27,819 nt of DNA from Candidatus Krumholzibacteriia bacterium (GCA_036351155.1 JAZBOO010000381.1:1-27819); one strand, 5' to 3'. Positions 16,671-25,354 are shown, numbered from the stretch's first letter. The notes: a model not told the origin generated them from the letters alone. Made by a program: numbers and translations.

Positions 16671-17819
16671 ATGCGTAAATTGATCATGTGGACCCTGACT
16701 GTCGCCCTGCTGGTCATCGCCGGCCAGGCGCTGGCTGTCATCGACTGGGCGGGCAACGCCTATCCCAACAACGAGGCCGAAATCACGGCGATGAACGATC
16801 AGTTCGTGGTGGCCCAGGTGTACAAGGGCGAGGTCACCCCGGGCGAGGGCGCCGGGGCCGACATCACCGCCATGCTGTACTACACCACCGACATCGCGGC
16901 GCAGGCCTCGGTGGCCATGGCCTACAACACCGAAGTGGGAGACAACGACGAGTACATCGGGTTCGTTCCCCAGGCGGCCCTGATGGGCGCCGGCTGGGTC
17001 CAGGTGACCGTGGTGTTCACCGACCTGACCGACGACACCACCTTCGAGATCACCGGTGACCAGAACCAGAACCCACCCCCGCTGCAGTACAACATCGTGG
17101 ACGTGCTTCCGGTCGATGTGACGGTGCACTTCACGATCTGCATGGAAGGCATCGAGAACGGGATGCTGCCCTGCGTGATCGGCAACCAGGATCCCATCGG
17201 CAACTGGGGCTCGGGCGTGGTCATGAACAATACCGAGGGTGATATCTGGGAGATCGACGTGGTTTTCCCCGCCGGCAGCAACCCCAACGTGGAGTACAAG
17301 TACCGCAAGAACGTGTGCCAGGACTGGGAAGGCACCGGCAACCGGTTCCTGACCCTGCCCACCGACGGGACCAACCTGGTGGTGCTGGATCCCGACACCT
17401 GGGAGTTCGGTCCCCTGCTGTGCGGTCTGGGTTCGGTGCTGACCGAGGACAAGGAAGTTTGCCTGCAGGTTTGCCTGCCTGACGACGTGGAGTCCACTGG
17501 CGGCCTGTGCGCCGTGGGCAACGCCGACGAACTGGACAACTGGAACGTGGGTGTGGCCATGCAGAGCCTGGGCGACAACCTGTACCAGGTGTGCCTGACC
17601 TATCCGGCCGGCACTCCCTTCCCGATCGTGCGGGAGTACAAGTTCAAGAAGGACGGCTGTGAAACCTGGGAGAGCGTGCCCAATCGCACCTTTACCGTGA
17701 CCGACGATTCTCCGGCTTTCGACACCCTGACCAGTGGCTGGGACAACGCACCGGTCGATTGCCAGGTCGTGGCCACGGACCATCAGAGCTGGGATGCCCT
17801 CAAGAGCATGTACCGGTAG
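16671..17819 (+). CDS. Secreted protein with an N-terminal amylopullulanase-associated-like domain, two CBM20-like starch-binding domains and an SWxxLKxxYR tail
   Basis: GGAGG before ATG; signal peptide ending ALA-V; IDWAGN...AQVYK..VT.G.G...YN..VGDNDEY.G; two repeats CVIGN..PIGNW...W....EYKY...WE..GNR and CAVGN..ELDNW...EYKF...WES.PNR; ends VATDHQSWDALKSMYR. Confidence 0.88.
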   Translation: MRKLIMWTLTVALLVIAGQALAVIDWAGNAYPNNEAEITAMNDQFVVAQVYKGEVTPGEGAGADITAMLYYTTDIAAQASVAMAYNTEVGDNDEYIGFVPQAALMGAGWVQVTVVFTDLTDDTTFEITGDQNQNPPPLQYNIVDVLPVDVTVHFTICMEGIENGMLPCVIGNQDPIGNWGSGVVMNNTEGDIWEIDVVFPAGSNPNVEYKYRKNVCQDWEGTGNRFLTLPTDGTNLVVLDPDTWEFGPLLCGLGSVLTEDKEVCLQVCLPDDVESTGGLCAVGNADELDNWNVGVAMQSLGDNLYQVCLTYPAGTPFPIVREYKFKKDGCETWESVPNRTFTVTDDSPAFDTLTSGWDNAPVDCQVVATDHQSWDALKSMYR

Positions 17820-17840
17820 ATTCCGCTGCAACGCAAAAGC

Positions 17841-17873
17841 AAGCCAGGCGGCCTTCGGGTCGCCTGGTTTTTT
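17841..17873 (+). terminator. Rho-independent terminator closing the GH57 operon
   Basis: GCCAGGCGGCC-TTCG-GGTCGCCTGGT followed by a T run; C(UUCG)G loop. Confidence 0.92.
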
Positions 17874-17891
17874 GTCCCCTGCCGATTCTCC

Positions 17892-17932
17892 TCGACAAAT
17901 GAAGATAATTCAGAGTAGAATACTCGGAATTA
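17892..17932 (+). promoter_or_regulatory. Putative promoter for the helical-protein/protease pair, with an overlapping dyad
   Basis: TCGACA (17892-17897) - 18 bp - TAGAAT (17916-17921); dyad TAATTC-A-GAGTA-GAA-TACTC-G-GAATTA at 17906-17932. Confidence 0.55.
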
Positions 17933-18016
17933 AGATCCGGATGGACCCGGATGACTCCGAATGAGCCGCCAGACTCCTGGCGATTTTCCACCCAACTTGC
18001 TTTTGAGGGGATAAAT

Positions 18017-18499
18017 ATGCGCACCATGATTCTAACCGCAATGATTCTGACTCTGCTGGCCGGCCTGGCCCTGGCTCAGGACCAGACTCCGCCCAGGTCC
18101 ATCAAAGAGCAGCCCGTGGTTTCTACCAGCAAGGCCCTGTCCGCCGACGAGATGGATACCGTGCAACGCAACAATGAGTTGCGCCTCGCCAAGAACGAGG
18201 AAATGAACACGCGTCTGGCCACCGAGCAGACCATCGTGGCCCAGCTCGTCACCGAACTCGAGGCCTCTGTGACCACTTCCGACCGCCGCGCCATCCAGTT
18301 GCGCATCCAGGAGGCCAAGCAGCAAACCATGGTGGACCTTCTGGCCATTCAGCTCAAATATGCCCGACTGGGCAACCATGACGAGCAGGCCCAGCTGCTT
18401 GAAGAGCGTATCGCTCGCCTGGAAGAGGGCCTGGATCGTCCCCAGACACCTTCCACCACCCTGCGCAGCAACCGTTCCTCCAGCCAGGACGGTCGATAA
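18017..18499 (+). CDS. Small secreted alpha-helical/coiled-coil protein of unknown function
   Basis: GAGGGG before ATG 18017; signal peptide MRTMILTAMILTLLAGLALA-Q; heptad-rich E/Q/R/L/A body; the stop overlaps the next start (TAATG). Confidence 0.85.
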   Translation: MRTMILTAMILTLLAGLALAQDQTPPRSIKEQPVVSTSKALSADEMDTVQRNNELRLAKNEEMNTRLATEQTIVAQLVTELEASVTTSDRRAIQLRIQEAKQQTMVDLLAIQLKYARLGNHDEQAQLLEERIARLEEGLDRPQTPSTTLRSNRSSSQDGR

Positions 18500-21400
18500 T
18501 GCGATTTCCCCTCTTTTCCGGTGGTCGGGCCCTTCTGGGTCTGACCTTGATGCTGGGTGTTTTCGCCCTGCCTGCCCTGGCAGCCGACACGCCCCCTCTG
18601 CCCTTCGTGGATCAAGCCCCCAACCTCGCCAGTTCCTCTCCCGACCCCGAATGGACCGACCTGGGCGACGAAAAGTCCGCCAATCAGGTGGGTGGCACCA
18701 GCCGGGCCACCATTCCTGAAGCCTATCGCCTGTTGAGCCTGGATTTTGACGGCCTCAAGGCTCGCCTGGCCGAGGCCCCCCATGAAAAAGACACCAAGGT
18801 GGCCTTCAGCGGGTTCGTCATGACCCTGCCCATGCCCGACGGCCGTCACCAGCGGTTCCGGGTGGTCGAGTCACCCATCCTGAGTGACCATCTGCAGGCC
18901 CAGATGCCCGATTTTCGGTCGTATCTGGCTCAGGGCGTGGACGACCCCACTGCGGTGCTGCGCCTGGACACCAGTATCCTGGGCTTCCGCGCCTACGGCC
19001 GCACCGCCCAGGGCACCCTGTGGATCGACCCCTACTTCGTGGACGCCAGCACCCACTACCTGAGCGCCTGGAAGCATGATTTTGCCGCGCCGGCCGGTGG
19101 TTTTGACTGCCTGGTGGAAGACGAGGGCATCGCCTGGGAAACCGATGGTGACAAGGCCATCCCCAGTTCCGGAGCCGAGCTGACCACCTACCGTATGGCC
19201 GTGACTCTCACGGGCGAATACGTCACCTATTTTGGCGGCATTCCGCTCGCGCAAATTCAGGCCGCGGTCACGGTCAACCGGATCAATGCCGTCTACGAGG
19301 TGGACACCGCCATCCGGTTCAACCTGACCGACATCCTGGCCTTCGTCAATGCCGGCGCAGACCCGTTTCCCAACGGCTCGGTCATCACCGGTTCCCTGCT
19401 CGACCAGAACCAGACGGCCCTGGATGCGGCCTTCGGTTCGGCCAACTATGACATCGGCCACATCCTGACCCAGGGGAGCGGCGGAGGCCTGGCCGGCCTG
19501 GGCGTGGTGTGCACCTCGTCCAAGGCCCGCGGCGGCACCGGTCGTCCCGTGCCCAACGGCGACCCCTTCGACATCGACTACGTGGCCCATGAAGTGGGAC
19601 ACCAGATGGGCGCCAGCCACACCTTCAACGGTTCGACCAACGCTTGCGGCGGCGGCAATCGCAGCGCGTCCAACGCCTACGAGCCTGGCAGCGGCAGCAC
19701 CATCATGGCCTACGCGGGCATCTGCGGATCCGAAAATGTGCAGCCCAACAGCGACCCCTATTTCCACGTGCGCAGCCTGGAGCAGATCATTGCCCGGCGC
19801 AACGCCGCGGGCTGCGGTGTCGAGACCGCCACCGGCAACTCGCCCCCCGTGGCCATCGCCGGTCCCGATGCGGTCATTCCCCGCGACACGCCCTTTTACG
19901 TGGTGGGCGGAGTCACCGACACCGACGCTTCGGGCGTGACCTATTGCTGGGAGCAGTACGACCTGGGGAACGCCTCTCCTCCCCTGGATCCCTTCGGCCC
20001 CCTGTTCCGCAGCTTCAATCCCTCCACGGGGAATTTCCGTTACTTCCCCGATCTGGGCCAGGCCTTCGCCGGATCGGCCGATCAGTTCGAGAACTTCCCC
20101 ACCGTCAACCGCAGCCTGACCTTGCGGCTGACCGTGCGCGACAACTCCGCCGGCGGCGGCGGTGTCGATGACGACGAGCTGGAGCTGACCGTCAGCGGTG
20201 CCCCCTTCGAGGTGATCTCGCCCAACGGCGGCGAAACCTTCGGGGCCGGCGCCCGCACCACCGTGACCTGGGATGTGGGCGGCAGCCAGGCCGAAAACGT
20301 GAAGATCCTCATGTACTACGAAGGTGGTTTCGAGTTTCTGGCCGGCAGCACCCCCAACGACGGCAGCGAGGATGTCTCACTGCCCTGCGGCATCACCAGC
20401 AGCGACTGCCGCATCTGGATCGAGGAAGTCACCGCTTCTGCGCAAGGCGTGCACGTGTTCGACGTATCGAACTCGACCTTCACCTTGATTGATGGGCTGC
20501 CCGATTTCACCCCCTACGTGTATCCCGACTACGGGGATCGCATCGTGTTCAACAGCATCAACGCCCCCACCTTGCCTCTCGCGTTGACCGCGGCCAGCCC
20601 GACCTTTGCCTACTGGGCCTTCGCCAACCTGAGCGATTTCACGGGTTGTGAGGGCTTTCAGGCCCAGATGAGTCTGGACCAGAATGTTCTGTGGACCTTT
20701 GACAACCCGAACGGGTTTGTCCCGTTCACGGCCGTTGCCTGGGGAGGAGCCTCCTTCCCGGTGCGCGGCGGCCGCCACACCACCTGGATGGAAGCCGACC
20801 CCGATGGCCTGCAGGCGGAAACCGACGAGACCAACAACGGCTACGCCCGGCAGTGGGTGTGGGAACCGTTGAATCTGGCTCCCAGCGATCCCCTGGTGTT
20901 CACCGAACCTCCGGAACGCTTTGCCGGTTTTGATTTTGCCCCCGATGGGTCAGCCTTCTCGGCCAACATGGACGGACTGCGCCTGCCCGGTAACCCCGGC
21001 AGCGAATGGCGCGTGTCGGCCATCAGTTCGGTCAACGGGTCGGACTACGATATTTACCTGTTCGACCCCACCAGCGCGCCCGACAACGGATTCGAAACGC
21101 CGCTCATTTCTTCCCGATTCGGCAGCGGCACCACCGATCTGGTGCTTGCCAACGGCGCCGTCCTGGGCAACCAGACCTACGATGTGGGCCTGGAGCGCTT
21201 CAACGGCGATGCCGACTACGTTGTGGATCACCAGATTCCGACCTTTGTCGATCCTCTGGGCACCACACGCACCGGACTGGCCTTCGCGGCCAACCAGCTG
21301 ATCAGCGTGGGAGCATTCAGTGTGGAGCCCGGCCAGACCGGTCGCGTGGCGCTGCAGATTTCCAGCGTGACGACCAGTCAGCCGGTCAACGTCCTGGTCT

Positions 21401-23052
21401 TTAATCCCCTGATCGGCCTGAGCAACCGCGGAAGCGCCTTCGCCACGGCCACAGTGGACCCCGCGGGTAACGCCGTGATCGATGTGCCCATGAATGATCC
21501 CGGTGTCTATTGCTACGTGGTGGTGCGCAATGCCGGTGAGGGCCTTGACCCATTCACCTACGACATGCGCGTCCTGAACACCCCCGCGGACCTGGCCACG
21601 GCGCTGTTGCCGGGCTCCTACGCGCCGGTGGTCCCGGCCATCGACGCTCCCTACAACGTGGGGGATCCCATTCCCGCCCCGGCCCTCCTCCAGGGCGATG
21701 TTTTTTCCACAGGACTTTATTTCCACATCATGAACAACGGTCCGGTGGCCACGGGCAGCAACCAGGTGGCCAGTCTCATCGATGGTGTGGTGGGAACTCC
21801 TCTTCCCGGTTACGATCTGCCCGGAAATTCGAGCGCAATTTTCAGCCAAGCCTACGCGCCCTTCCTTATCCCCGGGGGTCGGCACACCGTCGGCATGTTC
21901 TTCGATTCGACCAACGTGATCGACGAGCTGAACGAGGACAACAACCGCTACAGCGAGCAGTGGGTGTGGGAGCCGACCCAGTTGCCCCTGTTCGGCACCG
22001 CAGCGCGGACCGCACCTCTGGATCGGGTCGGTGGCTGGGATGACATTCCTGTCGACCTGATCCGTGAATACAATGTGGATGGGGTGCGGACCCCGGCCTA
22101 TCAACCGGGACTTGAGGACGGCTACTGGGGTGGATATGCCATCGCGCCCGCTGCCGGCAACAATGTCGACCTGCAGGTACACCCGGTTTCGACCGGCGCC
22201 CAGGATGGCTTTGCCGAGACCCTGGATATGGTGGCCTATTTCGGCAGCTACATCGAGTTCATGCTCTTCGACATGGACGAGGTATTTCCCGCCGGCACAG
22301 CCTTCGACATGGGCGTTATTAATTCCACGGGCACCGGAGAATACACCGCGCATGCGGTGGAATCGATCTGGCTTCCCACCAGCCCCGGCACTCCGCTGGG
22401 CGAAACTTTCACGGGACTGACCATGGCTCCCGGCGAACTCATGGGACTGTTCGAGTTCGGTACGTTTGATGAAACGGGGTTGCCCGTGGACCTCAGCCTC
22501 ACCTTGCAGAACCAGGCGGGCAACGCCGACCTGACCTTGCAGGTGTTCACCCGTGATGACGCGACGGGCATCTACAACCCCCTCCAGAATATTCCCGACG
22601 GCTTTGCCGACAACAACCTGGAAGGTGGGAACGAGTCGTTGTCCCTGACCCTGGATCCCGACACTTACTACGCCATCGCGGTGACCAAGACCAGCGGGCT
22701 GGATGTCGCCAAAACGGTGGACTATAGCCTGGTGTTCGGGGAACCGGGCATCTCGGCGGTGGACGACACGCCGCGGCTGGCCGCGTCCATCGGGAACCAT
22801 CCCAACCCCTTCAACCCCATGACCACCATCAGCTTCGCGCTGACCGATGCGGGGCGGGCCAAGGTGCGGATCTACGACACCCAGGGCCGTCTGGTGCGCA
22901 CCCTGGTGGACGAAGATCTGAACGCCGGCACCCACACCCGCACCTGGCAGGGTCGTGACGATCAAGGTCGTCAGGTGGCCAGTGGCGTGTATCTGGCACG
23001 GTTCGACCATCCCAAGGGAGTGGAGAGCCGGAGCATGGTCCTGGTCAAATGA
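18499..23052 (+). CDS. Secreted M12B/reprolysin-like zinc metalloprotease with a duplicated CARDB-containing module and FlgD-Ig/T9SS-like CTD
   Basis: Signal peptide, propeptide with Cys-switch-like FDCLVED, YRMAV..TGEY, NYDIGH, GDPFDIDYVAHEVGHQMGASH (19588-19620), Met-turn EPGSGSTIMAYAGIC, PNGGE Ig-like domain, two GGRHT...D....E..E.NN...QWVWEP modules, CTD NHPNPFNPMTTISF...VASGVYLARF...RSMVLVK. Confidence 0.93.
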   Translation: MRFPLFSGGRALLGLTLMLGVFALPALAADTPPLPFVDQAPNLASSSPDPEWTDLGDEKSANQVGGTSRATIPEAYRLLSLDFDGLKARLAEAPHEKDTKVAFSGFVMTLPMPDGRHQRFRVVESPILSDHLQAQMPDFRSYLAQGVDDPTAVLRLDTSILGFRAYGRTAQGTLWIDPYFVDASTHYLSAWKHDFAAPAGGFDCLVEDEGIAWETDGDKAIPSSGAELTTYRMAVTLTGEYVTYFGGIPLAQIQAAVTVNRINAVYEVDTAIRFNLTDILAFVNAGADPFPNGSVITGSLLDQNQTALDAAFGSANYDIGHILTQGSGGGLAGLGVVCTSSKARGGTGRPVPNGDPFDIDYVAHEVGHQMGASHTFNGSTNACGGGNRSASNAYEPGSGSTIMAYAGICGSENVQPNSDPYFHVRSLEQIIARRNAAGCGVETATGNSPPVAIAGPDAVIPRDTPFYVVGGVTDTDASGVTYCWEQYDLGNASPPLDPFGPLFRSFNPSTGNFRYFPDLGQAFAGSADQFENFPTVNRSLTLRLTVRDNSAGGGGVDDDELELTVSGAPFEVISPNGGETFGAGARTTVTWDVGGSQAENVKILMYYEGGFEFLAGSTPNDGSEDVSLPCGITSSDCRIWIEEVTASAQGVHVFDVSNSTFTLIDGLPDFTPYVYPDYGDRIVFNSINAPTLPLALTAASPTFAYWAFANLSDFTGCEGFQAQMSLDQNVLWTFDNPNGFVPFTAVAWGGASFPVRGGRHTTWMEADPDGLQAETDETNNGYARQWVWEPLNLAPSDPLVFTEPPERFAGFDFAPDGSAFSANMDGLRLPGNPGSEWRVSAISSVNGSDYDIYLFDPTSAPDNGFETPLISSRFGSGTTDLVLANGAVLGNQTYDVGLERFNGDADYVVDHQIPTFVDPLGTTRTGLAFAANQLISVGAFSVEPGQTGRVALQISSVTTSQPVNVLVFNPLIGLSNRGSAFATATVDPAGNAVIDVPMNDPGVYCYVVVRNAGEGLDPFTYDMRVLNTPADLATALLPGSYAPVVPAIDAPYNVGDPIPAPALLQGDVFSTGLYFHIMNNGPVATGSNQVASLIDGVVGTPLPGYDLPGNSSAIFSQAYAPFLIPGGRHTVGMFFDSTNVIDELNEDNNRYSEQWVWEPTQLPLFGTAARTAPLDRVGGWDDIPVDLIREYNVDGVRTPAYQPGLEDGYWGGYAIAPAAGNNVDLQVHPVSTGAQDGFAETLDMVAYFGSYIEFMLFDMDEVFPAGTAFDMGVINSTGTGEYTAHAVESIWLPTSPGTPLGETFTGLTMAPGELMGLFEFGTFDETGLPVDLSLTLQNQAGNADLTLQVFTRDDATGIYNPLQNIPDGFADNNLEGGNESLSLTLDPDTYYAIAVTKTSGLDVAKTVDYSLVFGEPGISAVDDTPRLAASIGNHPNPFNPMTTISFALTDAGRAKVRIYDTQGRLVRTLVDEDLNAGTHTRTWQGRDDQGRQVASGVYLARFDHPKGVESRSMVLVK

Positions 23053-23080
23053 TCATCTTCTCCTGAGGAAGATGGCTCCC

Positions 23081-24325
23081 TCAACGCCCCGGCTCACCAT
23101 CGCGGTGGGTCGGGGTTTTTTCATAGTCGAAGGTGTAAGTCTGAGTCTGGTTTCCACCGAGGTCCCAGTGAATGCGCGTGACATTGCCCCAGCTGTCCGC
23201 CGTGAAATCCAACTCGGCCTTCATGCCGTCACGGCCCTCGAAGTATCCACTGGCCAGATTTCCCCGGTCGTCACGCTGAAAACTCAAGGTGCCCGTGAGC
23301 CAGAAATCCATGTTGTCGAACTCGGCTCCGGTCAACCGCCCCAGCCGGTCGTAGGTGTAGACCTCCCGACCTTGAGCCCCATCCGAGCGCTCGAAAGACT
23401 TGCCGGTCAGGTGACCCCGCTCATCGAAAGTGTACTGAAAATCCGCCGACTGGCCGTCGTGGTAAGCCCGGTGGGAACTGACCAGATTGCCGCGCGCGTC
23501 AAAGGTGTAGCTGGTGGTGGTGGTCAATCCGTCGGACCGGGTGAACACCTTCTCGATGAGCTGTCCCTGCGGAGCGTAAACGTAGGAGGAAGGCCCCCCG
23601 ACCTTTCCGCTGAAATCATAGTTTTCCCGGGCAATCCGGAAAACAGGATCGGCCACCGTCAAGGGATTGGCCGCAGCGAAAAGCACCGCGGGTGTTCGCT
23701 CGTAGGTGTAGCTGAAGGTCTGGTTCCAGCGCCCTCCGAAATCCCAGAACTCCCTTTGCAGATGCCCGGCCTCGTCACGCTCGTAGGCTATGGTCCCGAT
23801 GACCTTGTCCCCCTGGGTGATGGTTCCCTCCCCCAGATGTTCCCCGCGGTAGGCGTAGGAAATGATGCCGCTCAGCCAGCCCTTGTAGCTGTCACACCGA
23901 GTTTCGCTCAGCCTTCCCTGGGTATTCCAGAGGAAGGTGGCCTGACCCGAAACCCCATCGGACCGGGTGAAGACCTCGGTGACCCGCCGCCCCTCGGCGT
24001 CGTAGGTGTAGGTTTCGGAGGAGGTCAAGCCATCCGAGAAGAGGCGGTATTTTTCCACTTCCCGGCCGGCAGAATCCAGAAGGTGGAAGTTGACCGAATA
24101 GCGGGAACCGTCATTCAGCTGCCAGGTGGCTCCCTCCAGCCGGCCGAAGCGGTCGTAACGGAACCGGGTGTGGCCTTGCTCACCGTCCGAGTTGCTGTAG
24201 TCCATGCGGACCACCCGCACATCAGGGTATTCCGGCAGCAGCTGAGCCCAGGACGATGGAGCCGCCACACAGACAGCGACCACCAGCAGGCAGGCCGCCA
24301 CACGAGTCTCGACACGAGGAGGCAT
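23081..24325 (-). CDS. Secreted YD-repeat (Rhs-like beta-hairpin repeat) protein, internally duplicated
   Basis: Signal peptide ending SWA-Q; recurring Y.YD..GR / YTFD.RG.L and TRSDG units about 25 aa apart; two homologous halves. Confidence 0.85.
   Translation of the reverse strand: MPPRVETRVAACLLVVAVCVAAPSSWAQLLPEYPDVRVVRMDYSNSDGEQGHTRFRYDRFGRLEGATWQLNDGSRYSVNFHLLDSAGREVEKYRLFSDGLTSSETYTYDAEGRRVTEVFTRSDGVSGQATFLWNTQGRLSETRCDSYKGWLSGIISYAYRGEHLGEGTITQGDKVIGTIAYERDEAGHLQREFWDFGGRWNQTFSYTYERTPAVLFAAANPLTVADPVFRIARENYDFSGKVGGPSSYVYAPQGQLIEKVFTRSDGLTTTTSYTFDARGNLVSSHRAYHDGQSADFQYTFDERGHLTGKSFERSDGAQGREVYTYDRLGRLTGAEFDNMDFWLTGTLSFQRDDRGNLASGYFEGRDGMKAELDFTADSWGNVTRIHWDLGGNQTQTYTFDYEKTPTHRDGEPGR
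23087..23121 (+). terminator. Rho-independent terminator for the protease gene (lies within the 3' end of the convergent gene)
   Basis: CCCCGGCTCACC-ATCGC-GGTGGGTCGGGG-TTTTTT, preceded by a small hairpin CATCTTC...GAAGATG (23054-23074). Confidence 0.85.
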
Positions 24326-24512
24326 GAGGATCTCCGGAAGCCGGACGGGAATGTCCGGCGGACAGGGTTCAACGATCGCCTGTTATGTCAGGGACGTTGA
24401 AGAAGGCGAGAAGTTGCATTGTCGGCGCAGTCGGCCGGTGGCGTGATTTCCCACGCGATCCTATCCTGGTCAGGTTCCAGGACATATGACAAAAACAAGA
24501 AAGGACCCACTC

Positions 24513-24923
24513 ATGCTTCAGAGATTGCTCGCCCCCGCAACAGAACCTGCTTACGCCGCCTTGCGCATTGTCACCGGCCTGCTGTTCGCCATCCATGGCG
24601 TCCAGAAGGTGCTCGGCCTGTTGACCGAATCCCAGCCCCCGGTGGGATCCCAGCTGTGGATCGGCGGGGTCATTGAACTGGTGGCCGGCCTGCTGATTGC
24701 CGTGGGCTTCCTGACCTCCTGGTCGGCCTTCCTGTCCAGCGGCACCATGGCCGTGGCCTACACCCAGTTTCACTGGAAGTTCGCCATGGACTCGGCCTTC
24801 TTTCCTGTGGTCAACAGGGGCGAGCTGGCGGTGGTCTACGCCTTCGTATTTCTGTTCATCGCCTGCAAGGGGGCGGGGCTGGCCAGCATCGACGGCAAGC
24901 TGGGTGAAAAAAAGCCCTCCTAA
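24513..24923 (+). CDS. DoxX family membrane protein
   Basis: AAGGA before ATG 24513; LRIVTGLLFAIHGVQKVLG, IELVAGLLIAVG, AFLSSGTMAVAY, N.GELAVVY.F.FL.IA..G.G..S.D. Confidence 0.92.
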   Translation: MLQRLLAPATEPAYAALRIVTGLLFAIHGVQKVLGLLTESQPPVGSQLWIGGVIELVAGLLIAVGFLTSWSAFLSSGTMAVAYTQFHWKFAMDSAFFPVVNRGELAVVYAFVFLFIACKGAGLASIDGKLGEKKPS

Positions 24924-25354
24924 TCCGCGGTGGGGTGCTTCTCGACCTTGATCCCCACCGACTCCAGCAACGCCACCGACTCGGTGTTCCGGTAGTTTTG
25001 CCGGTAGATCACCCGCTCCACGTTGCCCAGGTTGATCAGACGCTTGGCGCACATGGGACACGGCAAGTGCGTGACGAACACGTACTTGGCCGTGGCCCGC
25101 GGGGCATCGCAGTTGATCACCGCATTCTCTTCCGAATGCAGGCATCCGCAGTTTCCCGGCACCTCGCGGTCACAGGTGTTGGGCAAGCCCGAGGCATTGC
25201 CGTTGTAACCCACCGCCAGCACCTTCCTGTAGTCGGTGGTGGTGATCACCGTGCCCACCTGCAGGCGCGTGCAGGTTGACCGCCGGGAAATCAACACCGC
25301 AAAATCCATGTAGACCTCTTCGAAGGAGGGGCGGGCTTGCGGGACATCTGTCAT
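24920..25354 (-). CDS. dCMP deaminase / ComEB-like zinc-dependent cytidine-deaminase family protein
   Basis: RPSFEEVYM..A..ISRRSTC.RLQVG, GYNG, HSEENA (HxE), THLPCPMCAK (PCxxC). Confidence 0.93.
   Translation of the reverse strand: MTDVPQARPSFEEVYMDFAVLISRRSTCTRLQVGTVITTTDYRKVLAVGYNGNASGLPNTCDREVPGNCGCLHSEENAVINCDAPRATAKYVFVTHLPCPMCAKRLINLGNVERVIYRQNYRNTESVALLESVGIKVEKHPTAD

Noticed and set aside
10496..17831. Long minus-strand ORFs (10496..12568, 12587..13621, 14952..16526, 16647..17831)
   Set aside because: Antisense shadows of the GH57 operon with V/G/A/H-skewed composition and no domain motifs.
20950..24400. ORFs 20950..23010 (-) and 22955..24400 (+)
   Set aside because: Antisense to the protease and YD-repeat genes; the latter would also cross a terminator.
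23081..25354. Rhs toxin / deaminase toxin or anti-phage module (YD protein + DoxX + deaminase)
   Set aside because: No Rhs core cleavage motif or toxin domain; the genes alternate strands; the deaminase looks like an ordinary short ComEB/dCMP deaminase with no kinase fusion.
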